DNA of 64,000 nucleotides. Origin: a virus. Lineage: Duplodnaviria; Caudoviricetes. Shown here one piece after another: positions 63,769-64,000 of this stretch. The notes under the pieces are model-generated. The model was not told the origin of the DNA. It saw only the letters and a list, made by a program, of their open reading frames with translations, and did no database searches. The number at the start of each line of letters is the position of its first letter. The stretch's first letter is position 1. The position numbers were made by a program, and so were the translations under genes. Location: positions 64,001-128,000 of the IMG/VR virus record IMGVR_UViG_3300027804_000001. One strand, 5' to 3'.

Positions 63769-63833
63769 AATAGTATTTTATATATAAATATCTCAAAATT
63801 TAGTTAAAACCCATTCTGAAAAAATTCCCGTTT

Positions 63834-64000
63834 TTACCTATCCGGTCCATATTTTTCATAAAATCGAACGTAAGGATTAAATTCAGTATCGTCCTCATAT
63901 AAGAATAGAGCCCTTTCTTTATTTCGTTTAATTTTAGGGAGAATCATATCATATAATTCATAATAATTTTTCCCCCTTATATTTTTCAAATTTTCTATAA
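63834..64000 (-). CDS. Partial CDS (C-terminus), resembles the end of 31264..32376
   Basis: ...ELYDMILPKIKRNKERAL versus ELYNRIEDIIRYNKNRAI. Confidence 0.45.
   Translation of the reverse strand, partial: IENLKNIRGKNYYELYDMILPKIKRNKERALFLYEDDTEFNPYVRFYEKYGPDR

Noticed and set aside
1-64000. Alternative genetic code (stop-codon reassignment)
   Set aside because: Long recognisable genes are intact in code 11, and TAA, TAG and TGA all end genes immediately before terminators or the next gene.

Overview
The window is an AT-rich (roughly 30% GC by eye), gene-dense segment of a large dsDNA bacteriophage genome in the standard genetic code. The host is most likely a Bacteroidota: at least 15 promoters match the Bacteroidota sigma-A consensus TTTG-N19/20-TAnnTTTG, and leaders are A-rich without Shine-Dalgarno sites. 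It has three zones. (1) 1-36.1 kb: probable late/virion-associated genes preceded by a TATTTAT motif, many sharing an N-terminal MKxIxxE(S/N)Q leader. This zone also holds glycosyltransferases, an ADP-heptose module (HldC/HldA/HldD-like), GMP reductase/IMPDH, a non-specific nuclease and a GH19 endolysin. (2) About 36.3-54.5 kb: an 18-kb co-oriented array of about 15 self-contained units (host-type promoter, 1-4 small genes, intrinsic terminator). The units are separated by a GC-rich, imperfectly palindromic repeat built from a half-site of about WATGAMYGGCY (about 45-50 half-sites by manual count, some inside coding sequences). The repeats are packed with 4-6 bp restriction-type palindromes. 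The array is bracketed by perfect DnaA boxes in opposite orientation and by G-rich tracts. This is the most striking unexplained system in the window. (3) 54.6-64 kb: mostly minus-strand genes (GNAT, GT2, LpxH-like, DEDDh exonuclease, 3D-domain protein, SGNH hydrolases) and a tRNA-Ile with the unusual UAU anticodon. All family calls come from motif recognition by eye, with no database search. Counts are manual.
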